DNA of 64,000 nucleotides from the NCBI GenBank assembly GCA_965240325.2, contig OZ251228.1, positions 2,604,001 through 2,668,000 on the forward strand, in the 5' to 3' direction. The notes below the pieces were generated by a model, which was not told the origin of the DNA, did no database searches, and was given only the letters and a program-made list of their open reading frames with translations. This DNA is from Rebecca billardiae RCC1528. Taxonomy: Eukaryota > Protista > Haptophyta. Made by a program: the position numbers and the translations under genes. Below, piece after piece: positions 23,282-34,726 of the stretch (its first letter is position 1; each line of letters opens with the position of its first letter).

Positions 23282-24451
23282 TCAGGAGTACACGGAGAAG
23301 CTGACGTCTCGGCCGAGGCCACCTGTGCGAATGACGCTGGTCGAGTCGCTGCGCCGCACCTCCAGCGGCGGCGCGCCGACCGACGAGCTGGACGGCGCCG
23401 CGCCGATCTCGCGCTCCAGCGCGCGCACGCGCCGCACGAGCTCGGCGTTGGTCGGCGTCGGCACGCCGGACGCCGCGCCGCGTCTCACCACCTCGCCGTT
23501 TAGATGGTCGATCTCGGTCTGGCGGCGCGCGTTGATGTCCTCGAGCATCGACGACTTGAACGTGTCGCTCCCGAGCGGGTGGCGACCGAGGACGGGCGTG
23601 AGAACCGCGCAGGCGGCGCGCAGCGCCCAGTTGAGCGCGCGCAGCGAGAGCGCGCGCGCCATGAAGGGCAGCCAGCGCGCGGCGCGCGGCTCCACGGCCT
23701 CGCCCTGCGCGCGGTACACGGCGGCGAGCTCGGCCATCGAGTCGGCGGCGAGCTGGCACGAGGCGCGGTCGAGGGCCATCCGGCCCAGGGGTAGGCGGCT
23801 CAGCGCGTTCGGCGCGTTCAGCATATTGAGCATCAGCTTGCCGCGCTGCAGCCGCGCAAACGGCTCGGGCGGCACGGAGCGCGTCGACACGTGCGCGGCA
23901 CTCAGCAGCGCGCACAGCTCCGGCTGGCCGTCGATGAGCAGGAGCGGGAGGATGCCCGAGCACACGACGCGGCCCTCGGCGTGGAGCATCGTCACCGAGA
24001 TCCGCACGACGGCGGCGTGGATCGGCCAGCCACGCGCGAGCTCGCCGATCAGCGCGCGCATCTCCTCGACGGCGCCGAGCCCGTTCTGCAGGAGGACGAT
24101 CGGCGTGCCGGCTGTGACGTGCGCGCCGAGGTGGGTGGCGACCTCGGCGTTGGAGTGGCGCTTGGTGGCGACGATGATCGCGCTCGCGCTGCTCAGCACG
24201 CTCGCGTCGTACGTGAACGCGCGCGCACAAATGCTCGGCGGCAGCGTGCGCCGAGCCGCGCCCGCCCCCTCCTCCAGCGTGAGGCCTCGCGTCGTGACGG
24301 CGGCGCGCAGCTCTTTGCCCGTCACCGACGGGCGCTGCAGGAAGGTGACGCGCGCGACGCCGCGCAGGGCCAGCTTGCCACCGACCCACGTTCCGATGGA
24401 CCCCGCACCGACAATGACGATGTGCCGCTCGGCGCCACGATCGTCGGCCAT
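23282..24451 (-). CDS. panE: Ketopantoate reductase (PanE/ApbA family)
   Basis: Rossmann motif IVIVGAGSIG, plus VATK, LLQNGLG, KLMLN and SSMLEDINARRQTEIDHLNGEVVRRG. Confidence 0.92.
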   Translation of the reverse strand: MADDRGAERHIVIVGAGSIGTWVGGKLALRGVARVTFLQRPSVTGKELRAAVTTRGLTLEEGAGAARRTLPPSICARAFTYDASVLSSASAIIVATKRHSNAEVATHLGAHVTAGTPIVLLQNGLGAVEEMRALIGELARGWPIHAAVVRISVTMLHAEGRVVCSGILPLLLIDGQPELCALLSAAHVSTRSVPPEPFARLQRGKLMLNMLNAPNALSRLPLGRMALDRASCQLAADSMAELAAVYRAQGEAVEPRAARWLPFMARALSLRALNWALRAACAVLTPVLGRHPLGSDTFKSSMLEDINARRQTEIDHLNGEVVRRGAASGVPTPTNAELVRRVRALEREIGAAPSSSSVGAPPLEVRRSDSTSVIRTGGLGRDVSFSVYS

Positions 24452-24639
24452 GGCTGACACGTGTTCGCGGAGGTGACTTTTGGCGACGGCAAATCCGGGC
24501 GCGCGGTGGCGGCCCAGTCCTGGCCCAATTTCCGCGAACCATCTTTATTCTTTTCCATCACCGCGAGCGTGCTACGTGCGGTGGCGTGTTGTCCGGCGCG
24601 ATACACACGCCGGTGACGAATGATGATGCACTTTTGAAT

Positions 24640-26130
24640 TCACGACCCCTGCGTGCTTTCGGGTGGCACTGGCATCCCCGCTGCCGTCATCTCGCGCAGC
24701 CGGCTCGTGCACCGCAGGATCATCCAGCGCAGCTCGCCGGTGGCGGCCGTCGTCGGCGCGGTAGCATCCACGGTGCCAGCGGCCACGCCCACGGCCGCGC
24801 TGCCAGCACCCCCGCCTGCTCCGGCACCGGCGGGATTCTCTCCGTGCAGCAGGGGCGCGAAGATGTCGCTCGGCTCCGCGCACGCGCTGCCGCACATCAC
24901 GAGCCGCACGCGCTCGTCGTACGCCACATCGACGAGCGAGATCAGCCGGCGCGCCGCCTCCTCCCCCTTCCGCCCGAGCTGCGGCACGGCCTCGACAAAG
25001 AGCGAGTCGAAGCGGCGCGCGAGCGCGTAGTAGTCGGGCGTGCCGCGGCCCGTGTCGCACAGCTGGTCGAAGGGGGCGCGCATCGCGCCGCCCGCCGCGC
25101 GCTCCGCCTCGATCGACCGGCCGAACGCCACCGGCACCGCCACCACCGCCTCGCCGCCCGCCAGCGCCACGCTTCGTCGCCACTCTGACTCGAACACGCG
25201 CTCACCCAGCGGCCCGCACAGCAGCTGGCCCGCGCGGCGGGCTCGGGCGGAGCGCTCGTTGGCCTCGCTCGCGAGCGCGCGGCTCGTCGCGCGCGGCGGG
25301 GCCACGGGTGCGGAGCTCGCGCCCTCTGCCCCGGCCGCGCGCGCGCGCGCGGCGGCAGCCTGGGCGAGCACCTCGCGATAATCGACGCCGCCCGCGCCCA
25401 CGCGAATGGGCACGCACCGCCGGCGGAGCAGCGCGGCGAGCGGGCCGACGAAGTGGCGCCTGTTGCGCCCCGACTCGAAGAGCTTCGCCGGCGGCTGGTT
25501 CGACGTGAACGCCAGCCGCACGCCCTCGTGCAGCAGCCGGTCGAGCAGCCGGCCCACGATGAGCGCGTCGGCCAGGTCGGTCACACACAGCTCGTCGAGG
25601 CAGATCAGCCCGTGCGCGCGCGCGAGCGAGTGCGCGACGTGCGCGAGCGTGTCGACGGAGGCGCTCCGCCCGCTCGTGTCCTCCGCATCGCCGTACACGT
25701 ACACGTCCAGGCCGGACAGCGTCTTGCGCACCTCCTTGGGCCGGCTCTGCTGCGCGGTGTGCAGCTGCTCGTGCGTGCGGAGCACAAAGTCGTGGAAGTG
25801 CATGCGCAGAGGCGGGCGGTCGGCGGGCGCGGCGTGCTGCTGCGACTCGAAGAAGGCGTCGAGGAGCATCGTCTTGCCCGAGCCCACCGGCCCGTAAAGG
25901 TAGGCCCACGGGCGTATCGCGCATGCGTCGGCGCGCGGTGTGGACGCATGCGCGTACGCGTCGAGCGCCGCGGCCGCTGCGCGCTGGCCCTCGTCGTCCA
26001 GGATGTCACCGCGTGCGATGCGCGCATCGAGAGCATGGACGACCCCGCTCTGCGTGCTCAGCGCTCGGCAGCGTCGGCCGCGGCGCGCGACCAGCGGCGG
26101 CCGCCACCCCCGGACAGCGAATCTCAGCAT
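24640..26130 (-). CDS. AFG1: AFG1/LACE1/ZapE-family ATPase, probably mitochondrial
   Basis: Walker A YLYGPVGSGKTMLLD, RMHFHDF, LICLDELCVTDLADA, TSNQPP, RRLISLVDVAYD and RCTSRLREM. Arg-rich transit-like N-terminus from the ATG at 26130. Confidence 0.92.
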   Translation of the reverse strand: MLRFAVRGWRPPLVARRGRRCRALSTQSGVVHALDARIARGDILDDEGQRAAAAALDAYAHASTPRADACAIRPWAYLYGPVGSGKTMLLDAFFESQQHAAPADRPPLRMHFHDFVLRTHEQLHTAQQSRPKEVRKTLSGLDVYVYGDAEDTSGRSASVDTLAHVAHSLARAHGLICLDELCVTDLADALIVGRLLDRLLHEGVRLAFTSNQPPAKLFESGRNRRHFVGPLAALLRRRCVPIRVGAGGVDYREVLAQAAAARARAAGAEGASSAPVAPPRATSRALASEANERSARARRAGQLLCGPLGERVFESEWRRSVALAGGEAVVAVPVAFGRSIEAERAAGGAMRAPFDQLCDTGRGTPDYYALARRFDSLFVEAVPQLGRKGEEAARRLISLVDVAYDERVRLVMCGSACAEPSDIFAPLLHGENPAGAGAGGGAGSAAVGVAAGTVDATAPTTAATGELRWMILRCTSRLREMTAAGMPVPPESTQGS

Positions 26131-26262
26131 GGCGGCAGGCCGTCGTGGGGTTGCTTGACCTTTTCGCGCGCTCGCTCGGGGCTTCGTCGCGGACAAACCG
26201 GTCGTCGTCATTGATGACGAAGCCCACTGATCGGACCCACATGTTTCGCACGGAACCGGCAG

Positions 26263-29021
26263 AGGCCACTCCACCGAAATCGGCCGCCGTCTGGCATCCC
26301 AGGTCCGCACTCGTCTGGGATGCATGCCAGACGGCGTCTGGGGTCGTCTGGGGTCGGTGCGCGCGGCACCGTGAGCGCGTTTCGCGAGCGTCTCTCGTGT
26401 CTGCGCGGGTGGCGCGCACTTTCGGCAGGTGCGCCCAACCCATTCGACCTCGCGCGCCGCTGGCTTCGCGTCTCTCCGCCGCTCGAACCGCTCGCCATGG
26501 GCGCGCGACTGTGCTGTTGGCCTGTTTGCCGCCGAGGCCAGCTGCGAGCGCGCACTTGCGGGCACAAGGTCGGCTGACGGCGCGTTGCGGGTGCGCTGCG
26601 CGCGGATCATGCGCACGTGTTCCGCCTAGCCCCGACCGTCGGTCGCGCACGCGGAACACGGCCCACTTGAGCGCGCGCTCAAGCTGCCGCGAGTGCCATG
26701 CAAAGGCCGTGACGATGCCACCAGCGCGGGCGAGCCCACGCGCCGGTAGTGCGCACGCCGAGGTCGTGCGACGAGCTGTGAGGTCGTGAATGGCCGTCCA
26801 CTCCCGCCATGGACAGTCCGTGGCCTCGCCCGCGCCAGCAGCTCGAGGCAACGACGCGCCGCGCCGCCGCCACCCTTCCGGGGCGCAAGCTGGGCAGGAG
26901 TGCAGCCGTTGCAGCGGGCACGGGACGGCTGCGCGCCACTCCGCGAGCACGAGGTCGGCGGCACGGGAGGCGTCGGTGGCGCGGGTTGATTGCGCACCAT
27001 CGCCCCGGCTTCGGCCATCCTGCTGGCGTCACAGACAGCACACGAGCGCTGACCGTCGTGACACCGTAGTAGCTCAACCCCCGGCCCCGTTCTCAGTCAA
27101 TGTGGCGCTCCTGCGATTGCAGCAGGCGCAGCCACTACCGTAGGCATGGGCACTGTCATCAGAGCAGCTCCTAACCTGAGAGCGGCAGGTATGTCACATC
27201 AGCAGGCACTCGATCGTGAACCGCATCAAGATCGCGGGCACGGGCATCGTTGACGACGGCGAGAGGCGCTGGTTGCGTTGGTACCCACGTGCACTCTTGA
27301 CAGCTGCGCTTGCTTGCGGCGCGCGCTAAGCAGTAAGTTGAATGGTGCCGCCTTGGCAGCCACTGGCTCAGCCTTGGCCTTGTGCAGGGCAGTCTTTGCC
27401 TTCGCTGCCGTGTGGCGAGAAGGTTGATCGTGTACGCCGCGTGGGGCTGTGCCTTTTCTTCACGCCCGGAGCGCAGCAGGCACTTGGCCCAGGGCTGCGC
27501 GGCCGGTGCTGTGCATGCGCCCGCACCAGTGATCGCGATACTCTCGGTACGGCAGGTGGCGCTGAGCCCGGAGGGCGCAGCGGCGGCGCGTTCATTTGAT
27601 ACCGGGACTTCCAGCGGCCGCGACACATCGAGCGCAGGCGGCTACGCAAAGACCGTAAGCCATCGATGCCGCGTCCAAGGCGCGCGAGGCGGTCGGCTGG
27701 CAGCGGATGCGAGAGCGCACCATGCCGTGATACACGAAGCGTTGTCGCCGCCGTGGTGCCAATGACGCCGTTCACTAGTGTGCCATCGCCGCACCGTCGT
27801 AGTCAGGGGCAGCAAAACAAGGCTGATGAGAGCTCTGGCTCATGAGATCAAAGGCTCAACCATAGGGCGCGAGCGCAATGTAGCACAGCCTTTGCTGCTC
27901 CAGGCCTTCCTGCGCGCAGTAGCCATCGCAGCAGGTGTCGATCAAGTCTGCCAAGCGCTCGCGTGCCGCTGCTCGCGTGCTTGCGGATGCTCACGTCTTG
28001 CATCGGCGAGCGGGTGCTCCGTCACATCACACCGTCGCTGCTTGCGCGTGGCGCACGCAGCCAGCCCGTACCAAACACGCGTGCACGATCAAATTGCACG
28101 CATGAACACAATCAGCTTGAGCATCTCAGTGGCAAGTCACTCGCGACAGCCCCAAACAAGGGCGTCAGCGCTCCCTGGCGCGTGATTGAGCTACCAGCAC
28201 CAACCTGACAGCTTCTACGGTATCACGACGGTCAGCGCTCGTGTGCTGTCTGTGACGCCAGCAGGATGGCCGAAGCCGGGGCGATGGTGCGCAATCGACC
28301 CGCGCCACCGACGCCTCCCGTGCCGCCGACCTCGTGCTCGCGGAGTGGCGCGCAGCCGTCCCGTGCCCGCTGCAACGGCTGCACTCCTGCCCAGCTTGCG
28401 CCCCGGAAGGGTGGCGGCGGCGCGGCGCGTCGTTGCCTCGAGCTACTGGCGCGGGCGAGGCCACGGACTGTCCATGGCGGGAGTGGACGGTCATTCACGA
28501 CCTCACAGCTCGTCGCACGAGCTCGGCGCGCGCACTACCGGCGCGTGGGCTCGCCCGCGCTGGTGGCATCGTCACGGCCTCTGCATGGCACTCGCGGCAG
28601 CTTGAGCGCGCGCTCAAGTGGGCCGTGTTCCGCGTGCGCGACCGACGGTCGGGGCTAGGCGGAACACGTGCGCATGATCCGCGCGCAGCGCACCCGCAAC
28701 GCGCCGTCAGCCGACCTTGTGCCCGCAAGTGCGCGCTCGCAGCTGGCCTCGGCGGCAAACAGGCCAACAGCACAGTCGCGCGCCCATGGGGAGCGGTTCG
28801 AGCGGCGGAGAGACGCGAAGCCAGCGGCGGGCGAGGTCGAATGGGTTGGGCGCACCTGCCGAAAGTGCGCGCCACCCGCGCAGACACGAGAGACGCTCGC
28901 GAAACGCGCTCACGGTGCCGCGCGCACCGACCCCAGACGACCCCAGACGCCGTCTGGCATGCATCCCAGACGAGTGCGGACCTGGGATGCCAGACGGCGG
29001 CCGATTTCGGTGGAGTGGCCT
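26263..29021. mobile_element. Large foldback DNA element with ~808-bp TIRs
   Basis: Inverted arms at 26262-27069 and 28215-29022 with about 9 mismatches by eye. CCGGCAG is duplicated at 26256-26262 and 29022-29028; the alternative reading is a 5-bp CGGCA TSD with GAG..CTC ends. The ~1.1-kb spacer is degenerate. Confidence 0.9.
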
Positions 29022-29891
29022 CCGGCAGGTCAGCGATCCACTAAAAAACGACAGGTTTCCAGCAAGGGACCAACCGGTCCAGAGGTACCTCAGGATTTGG
29101 GAAACTCGGAAAATGAGAGAAATTCAAAACCCGCCGCGTGCGCCCGCCACAGCCATCCGCCGCGAGGCGCCGCCCGCTGCCGCGCCGCCGCGGTCGTAGA
29201 CGTGCACGCGGCGATGGCGCACGCGGTCGGGCAGAGGCGCAGCACTGTTCTGCGCCGCCCTGCGCCGGGCGACTCGCGTCTGCCCATCTTCTCCGCGCCT
29301 TGAGCCCGCACGGACGTGTGCGCCGCCTCTCGGGCTTCAGCCGGCTGTCATCCCCACAAAATATACGCGCGCTGAGAGCAACCCGAGGCGCGCATCCCAT
29401 GAACGCGTGAGCCATGTTACAGTACGGTCGTAGACGCACGCCATGGTGCCCAGCGGCTTCCCGCGCGTGCGTGCCTCCCTGCTTCCTCGGCAGGCAAGGC
29501 GCCCATGTCTCTGGCTGAATGTGGCGGCGGCGCAAGCTCGCGCTCGCGCGGGCCTCAAGCTGACCTTCGAGGTGCGAGGGCGCAAAGTGCTGCGCCACGC
29601 GCATGCTACAGTAGTTCCCCGCCTCGCTACCGCCCCGCTGCGTCCCATCGGAAGCTCTTCTGGACATCGCGCGGCCTCGCCCTGGCGGCGGTAGGCGCGG
29701 GCGAGGTGGCGGCGGGCTGGCAAATCCCAAGGGAGGTCCGGGCCGGGAGCTCCCAGCGAGCGGCCGGCGCGACGTCACTGCAAAGTTTTCCCTGAGCGCC
29801 GGGCGGCGGCGGCGCGCCAACGGCACAGCGCGAAGGCGGGAGAGCGGAGTTCGTCGTCAGCCCGGGCGGCGCGAGCTCTTCACCTCGCGCG

Positions 29892-32576
29892 ATGGCGAAC
29901 GCCGACGCCGAGCAGCCGGCCGAGCAGCGTGCTGATACGAGTGTAGCTCCTGGCTCGATTCCCCGCACGCTTGCCCAGCTTCGACCGTCGACGGCGAACT
30001 CGCCGCCTCGAACGGGCGCAGGCGACGATGCTGCATGTGTCGAGCAGCCAGACATGTGCGTCGTGGAGCAGGCGATCCGAGGCGAGCTCGACGACGGCTG
30101 GACGCTCCAGAAGTTCGAGCAAGCAGACACTGGCTCCGCTGGGATCCCGAAGGCGATGACCCAGAAGCTCGTCGTCACGCGCATTGCGTTTGCACAGGAG
30201 TCAACGACCTTTGCGGCGGAGGGCATGCCCGCGATCACGCGGTGCTTCACGGTGGACTCGCACGGCCAGCTGCTTATTTGCATCGGCGGTTGCAAGCTGG
30301 GGCCCTCGTTCTTGTGCACATGCAGCACGCGCGATCTCGCCATCCGCGGCGACAACTGCATCTGCATCTCGGGCGCGGTGCAGGACATCGAGGCACGCGC
30401 CAGGGGCCTGCGCTCGGGGGCTATGTCTGACTCGGCGCTCTCGGCAAAGTGGAAGGAGATCACGGTGCTTCTCGTTGGCAGCGAAGTGTGTGCGGGCGTG
30501 CGCAACACCGAGTGGTACCGCAAGGCCGTCGAGGACCCATCGGAGGTGCGCAAACTAAGCGCGCGCGTGTGCGAGCAGTACACGGACGATGGCGCTGTTG
30601 TGCAGTGCTTCAAGTCCCCGCACTGCTCAGCGCTCGTCTTCCGCGGCTCCGGCGTCGGGCAGAAGGCGCACATGCTCAACGGGGCAAGTGTATGCGACCA
30701 GTGCTACAACCTGCGCAATATCCTTCGAAACAGTGCCATCGCCAAGGACACCGCGCGCATCCTCAGCGCGCGGACCGACCTTGGCCGCTGCTCGCGCGGA
30801 GTCGCGTGCGTTCAGCTCGTGCAAAGGCACGATCTCGCCCGCGAGGAGAACGCGGCGCTCAAAGCGGAGATCGCGGCATTGCGGCAGCAGATCGAGCAGA
30901 CCGGCGTGCGCGTCGCCACGGACAATCCGAAGAAGCAGGAGATGCTCGATTTCATGATGACCGAGGTGAAACGCTTTGTGGAGCAGCCGCAGGCAGTCGA
31001 ACTGATGACGTCGCAGGAGTACCGCAAGTACCGCGCGATGAAGGACTTGGAGTACAGCTATCGCCAGGAGCAGGGCACGCTGAGCGGCATGCGCTGGGAC
31101 AACCGCACGTTCGCGCTCGCGTGGAAGGCCACGGTCGACAACCCGTCCGCCGCCGCCGCGCTGCATCAGTCTGGCCTCTTCACGCTGCCCGACTACCGGC
31201 TGATGAAGCGCTACCGCTCGAAGCGCATCGCGCACATCAACGGCAATTCCGATGCCTTCTACTCGGAGCTCGGGGTCCGGACGGCGCACCTGACTGGGCA
31301 GGCTCGGCTCGGCGTGCTGGGCTTCGACGGCATTCACGTCGAGCAGGACGTCATCATGTCCAAGCTCGGCAACGGCGAGCTCGATTGGTGGGGCTCTGTC
31401 TCGCGCTCCGAGCAGGCAGAGAACGGCGGGCAGCTCGCGCTCGCCAGCGAGGCGCTCGTCTTCCTGTTCCAACCGCTGATGGAGAAGAAGAAGAAGAAGG
31501 GCGAGCGCCAGGAGTCGTACGTTGGCGGCGTCTTCCCGGGCTCCTCGTTCGACGCGGGCCGGATCGGCCACTTCGCCGATCAGGTCAAGGGCAACCTCTA
31601 CCTACTGGCGCGTCTCGAGGTGATCGCCCACTCGTGTGATGGCTTGGCGGCCAACCGACTGTACTTCAAGGTGGACACGGAGGGCATGAAGGCCTTCTGC
31701 TCGGGCGCGTACGAGTTCCGCATAGCGTGCGCGTCGAGCGCGATCACGGCTGGCGGCCGGGACGCGTACATCATGGATCCGACGCACAACGAGAAGAAGG
31801 CGGTCAGGTTGGTGATGAGCTCGCGTGTTGGCGGCCGACGATCCATGTACAACCCGCTGCTGGGCGAGTGCGGTTGGATCACGCGCGACACGATCATCCG
31901 TCTCGACAAGTGGCAGACGGACAAGTTGGTCAAGCTGTACCACACGCTGAGCAAGCGGGTGGTCGACTTCGAGAAGCGCGATGCGATGAGCGTGCCAGTC
32001 GCGCGCGCCCTCATGAACGAGGGCTTTCTCGAGACGATCGAGTGGGCGCGCGAGCACGGCTTCACCCACGCGCAGTTCACAGAGGGCTTCGTGGGATTCT
32101 TCAAGACGATGCTCGAGATCCACGAGCCGCTGCGCGGCGGTGGCAAGGGCTTCTCGAGCAGCAAGGACCCGCGGCTGCTGCAGATGATTGACGCCCTCGC
32201 CGCGCTCCAGGAGTGGCACGACAGCTTCGCCACAGCCAAGGCGCGCGCGCGCGGCTTCTTGTCGTCGCAGTTCTGGGCTGACCTGCACTACATGGTGCAC
32301 GGCTTCCAGGGGGTCCTCGTCGAGCTCGAGCGTCGATTCGGCGTCGGTGGCTTCGCACCGATCGACCCGACCTCGGCGGCGCAGGACCGGCTCGAGCGGC
32401 TCTTTGGGCAGGCGCGCGCGCTCAAGCAGGGTGGGCAGATCAACGTCTTTGACTTGATGTGCGGCATCCAGACGATCGTCGAGGACCAGCGCGCTGTCAA
32501 CGCGCAGTTCTCTTTGTGCGGGAAGCGCAGTCGTGAGAAGGGCAACTGCGGTGACGACATGACTAAGGACGGCTGA
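29892..32576 (+). CDS. P-element-type transposase (894 aa)
   Basis: Coiled coil, then GMRW, LPDYR, VLGFDGIHV (D), HSCDGLAANR (D), MDPTHNEK (DxxH), AMSV and QDRLERLFGQAR (E). The Cys-rich N-terminus has no canonical THAP motif. Confidence 0.92.
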   Translation: MANADAEQPAEQRADTSVAPGSIPRTLAQLRPSTANSPPRTGAGDDAACVEQPDMCVVEQAIRGELDDGWTLQKFEQADTGSAGIPKAMTQKLVVTRIAFAQESTTFAAEGMPAITRCFTVDSHGQLLICIGGCKLGPSFLCTCSTRDLAIRGDNCICISGAVQDIEARARGLRSGAMSDSALSAKWKEITVLLVGSEVCAGVRNTEWYRKAVEDPSEVRKLSARVCEQYTDDGAVVQCFKSPHCSALVFRGSGVGQKAHMLNGASVCDQCYNLRNILRNSAIAKDTARILSARTDLGRCSRGVACVQLVQRHDLAREENAALKAEIAALRQQIEQTGVRVATDNPKKQEMLDFMMTEVKRFVEQPQAVELMTSQEYRKYRAMKDLEYSYRQEQGTLSGMRWDNRTFALAWKATVDNPSAAAALHQSGLFTLPDYRLMKRYRSKRIAHINGNSDAFYSELGVRTAHLTGQARLGVLGFDGIHVEQDVIMSKLGNGELDWWGSVSRSEQAENGGQLALASEALVFLFQPLMEKKKKKGERQESYVGGVFPGSSFDAGRIGHFADQVKGNLYLLARLEVIAHSCDGLAANRLYFKVDTEGMKAFCSGAYEFRIACASSAITAGGRDAYIMDPTHNEKKAVRLVMSSRVGGRRSMYNPLLGECGWITRDTIIRLDKWQTDKLVKLYHTLSKRVVDFEKRDAMSVPVARALMNEGFLETIEWAREHGFTHAQFTEGFVGFFKTMLEIHEPLRGGGKGFSSSKDPRLLQMIDALAALQEWHDSFATAKARARGFLSSQFWADLHYMVHGFQGVLVELERRFGVGGFAPIDPTSAAQDRLERLFGQARALKQGGQINVFDLMCGIQTIVEDQRAVNAQFSLCGKRSREKGNCGDDMTKDG

Positions 32577-32698
32577 CTCTGATGACGATGATACGATTCT
32601 CGATTCTCTCTATCTTTCTCTCTCGATCATATGCATACGTATATATATCAGCAGCTCGCAAGACGGTAGTAGTGTCGTCACTGACGGCCCCTGCGGCC

Positions 32699-34726
32699 CT
32701 ACGACTCGGCATCCGCATCGCCGCCATCCTCGGCGTCCATCATGCTCGCATCAGAGTCGGTGTCGTCGTCATCGTCACCATCACGCGCCGATCGAGCAGA
32801 GGTGGGGCGCGTTCGCTGCTGCGTCGCCTTGCGGAGCTTCCCACGAAGCGAGCCCTTCAAGCTCTCAAGCGCGGAGCCGCTCGTGCTCGGCTTCTTCTTC
32901 TTCTGAGTCTTCTTCTTCCTCTTGGCCGCAGCCGCGCGCTTGGCCTTGAGCTGCTTCTCACGCGCGTCCTTCAGCTTGCGCGCCACGTACTTGCGGAAGC
33001 TGTTGTAGAAGCTGTTGAGGTACTGGCGCACGTACATGCGCCGCGCGAAGCCAAGAACCTCCGAGCTCTGCCACGATGCACACGCGGTGACCAACTGTCG
33101 CCACTTGCTCGACAGCGCCTGGTCGCAGAGCAGCATGGTCGTGCAGGCCTGCAGCTCGCCAGGCTGGATCAGCACGCCCGCCAGCTTGACGCGAGCGCGC
33201 TCCTCGAGCAGCACACAAAAGTCGACGAGCTCCTGCCGACACCGTGTCAGCTTGACGACGCGAGACCGGTCGACCATGTTGAGCATCTCCGTTTCCGCGT
33301 TGTGCACGTCGGTGCCACGCGTCACCGCACACGCTTTGAAGAACAGAATCAGCTCCTCGCGAGCGCTCCCGCCCTCGCCCTTGTCGAGACGCGCGTCCAC
33401 GGCGAAAAGCGCCCAGCCGCCGACGCGCCGGATCGCGGCGCGGTCGGCGAGGTCGAAGCTCTCGTCGGGATCGAACGCGACGCCGACGGTGCGCTCCAAA
33501 GGTGTGCACTGCCGCCCGAGCACCCGCTCCTCGGCCACCAAAAGCGGGTAATTCGCATCAAAGACCTCGATCTGGCAGCGCAGCACGAGCGCGCACACGA
33601 CGCTCGACCGAATGTTGAACTCGTTGCTGAACTCGACGATTTTCGGCGACTCGGGGGCGAAGTGCTCGCGCACCTCTTGGCGGAAGATAAGGCGGCAGGT
33701 GCGTGACGAGCGACCGTCGCCTTTCATGCCGAGATGCCGCGCGTACGCCCGCGGAAGTAGCTCGAGCAGCATCTGGTTCATGCGCTCGCCGACTGCAGCC
33801 AGATCGACCGATGCCAATTCCGGCGCGGCAGAGGGGAGGCGATCTTCCGTGAGTGGGTTGACGCCCAGCGCCTCCAGCTTCGACTGCCCAATGACGCCCT
33901 CGACGAGTCCGTTGACCACCTCGGCGACCTGGGCGTCGGCCTTCTCCTGCTGCGAGACCCTCAGCTTGCGCTTCTTGGCCGCTGGCGCGCCGGTGGCGAC
34001 CACGGCGGCAGCAGATGGTTGGCCGCCAGCATCAGCGTCGCCGCGCGGCGCGGCTGCCAGCTTGTCGGCGTGCTCGGGCATCCGCGCGCGGGCCTGTGCG
34101 CGCTCAAGAACCGCACGCTTCTGGTCCTCGCTCGCCATCGCGAGGTACGGCGCTCTCGCCTCTTCGTCGAGGGCGTTGTACGCGTCCTGTGCAGCCTTCT
34201 TGTCCTTGATCCAGTGGAACTTCTTCGCGGTGTTGCTCGCGGCGGCAAAGTCCTGTGCGAACTTGGTCTTGATGAAGCAGGTGAGGGCGCTCATCGCGTT
34301 CTTCACGCCCGTCGGCGCGTGCGCTTTCCGCTTCTTCGAGCTCGCCGGAGCCGCCGGAGCGCCCAGGTCTCCGCCGCGAGCCGAGCTGATCGAGCCATCA
34401 GCGTTGGCGTCGCGGGCTGCGGCCGGGACGAGTCCGGGCACGTCGCTCGGCAGGATCTCGGCGAGCGCGTCCGATCGACCAGGACCAGCACGAACACTCT
34501 CGTCGCCACCGCCGCCGCCGACTTCGAGCGCAGCCGCCGCCTCGGGCGCGTCTGCGCCCGGAGGCAGCTCGAGCGATCGCGCAGCTGGCGGCGGCAACGC
34601 AAGCGCCAGGATCTCGGCAGGTACGGCGGGCTTGCCCGTGGGTGCCAGCGGTGTACACGTACTCGCCAGGTGCGTCCGCTCGCTGCTGCCGTCCACGGCT
34701 CGCTCCGTGCCACCTGCGCCGCTCAT
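32699..34726 (-). CDS. Second P-element ORF: HMG-box-like domain plus region resembling the P-transposase C-terminal domain
   Basis: Intact 675-aa ORF inside the TIRs. KNAMSALTCF...YNALDEEARAPYLAMASEDQKR is HMG-like (~34095-34305). Also AIRRVGGWAL, VDRSRVVKLT and a basic tail ending SLRGKLRK. Confidence 0.8.
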   Translation of the reverse strand: MSGAGGTERAVDGSSERTHLASTCTPLAPTGKPAVPAEILALALPPPAARSLELPPGADAPEAAAALEVGGGGGDESVRAGPGRSDALAEILPSDVPGLVPAAARDANADGSISSARGGDLGAPAAPASSKKRKAHAPTGVKNAMSALTCFIKTKFAQDFAAASNTAKKFHWIKDKKAAQDAYNALDEEARAPYLAMASEDQKRAVLERAQARARMPEHADKLAAAPRGDADAGGQPSAAAVVATGAPAAKKRKLRVSQQEKADAQVAEVVNGLVEGVIGQSKLEALGVNPLTEDRLPSAAPELASVDLAAVGERMNQMLLELLPRAYARHLGMKGDGRSSRTCRLIFRQEVREHFAPESPKIVEFSNEFNIRSSVVCALVLRCQIEVFDANYPLLVAEERVLGRQCTPLERTVGVAFDPDESFDLADRAAIRRVGGWALFAVDARLDKGEGGSAREELILFFKACAVTRGTDVHNAETEMLNMVDRSRVVKLTRCRQELVDFCVLLEERARVKLAGVLIQPGELQACTTMLLCDQALSSKWRQLVTACASWQSSEVLGFARRMYVRQYLNSFYNSFRKYVARKLKDAREKQLKAKRAAAAKRKKKTQKKKKPSTSGSALESLKGSLRGKLRKATQQRTRPTSARSARDGDDDDDTDSDASMMDAEDGGDADAES

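Noticed and set aside
26131-26616. N-terminal extension of the AFG1 ORF
   Set aside because: It runs into the foldback arm. The ATG at 26130 gives a normal transit peptide.
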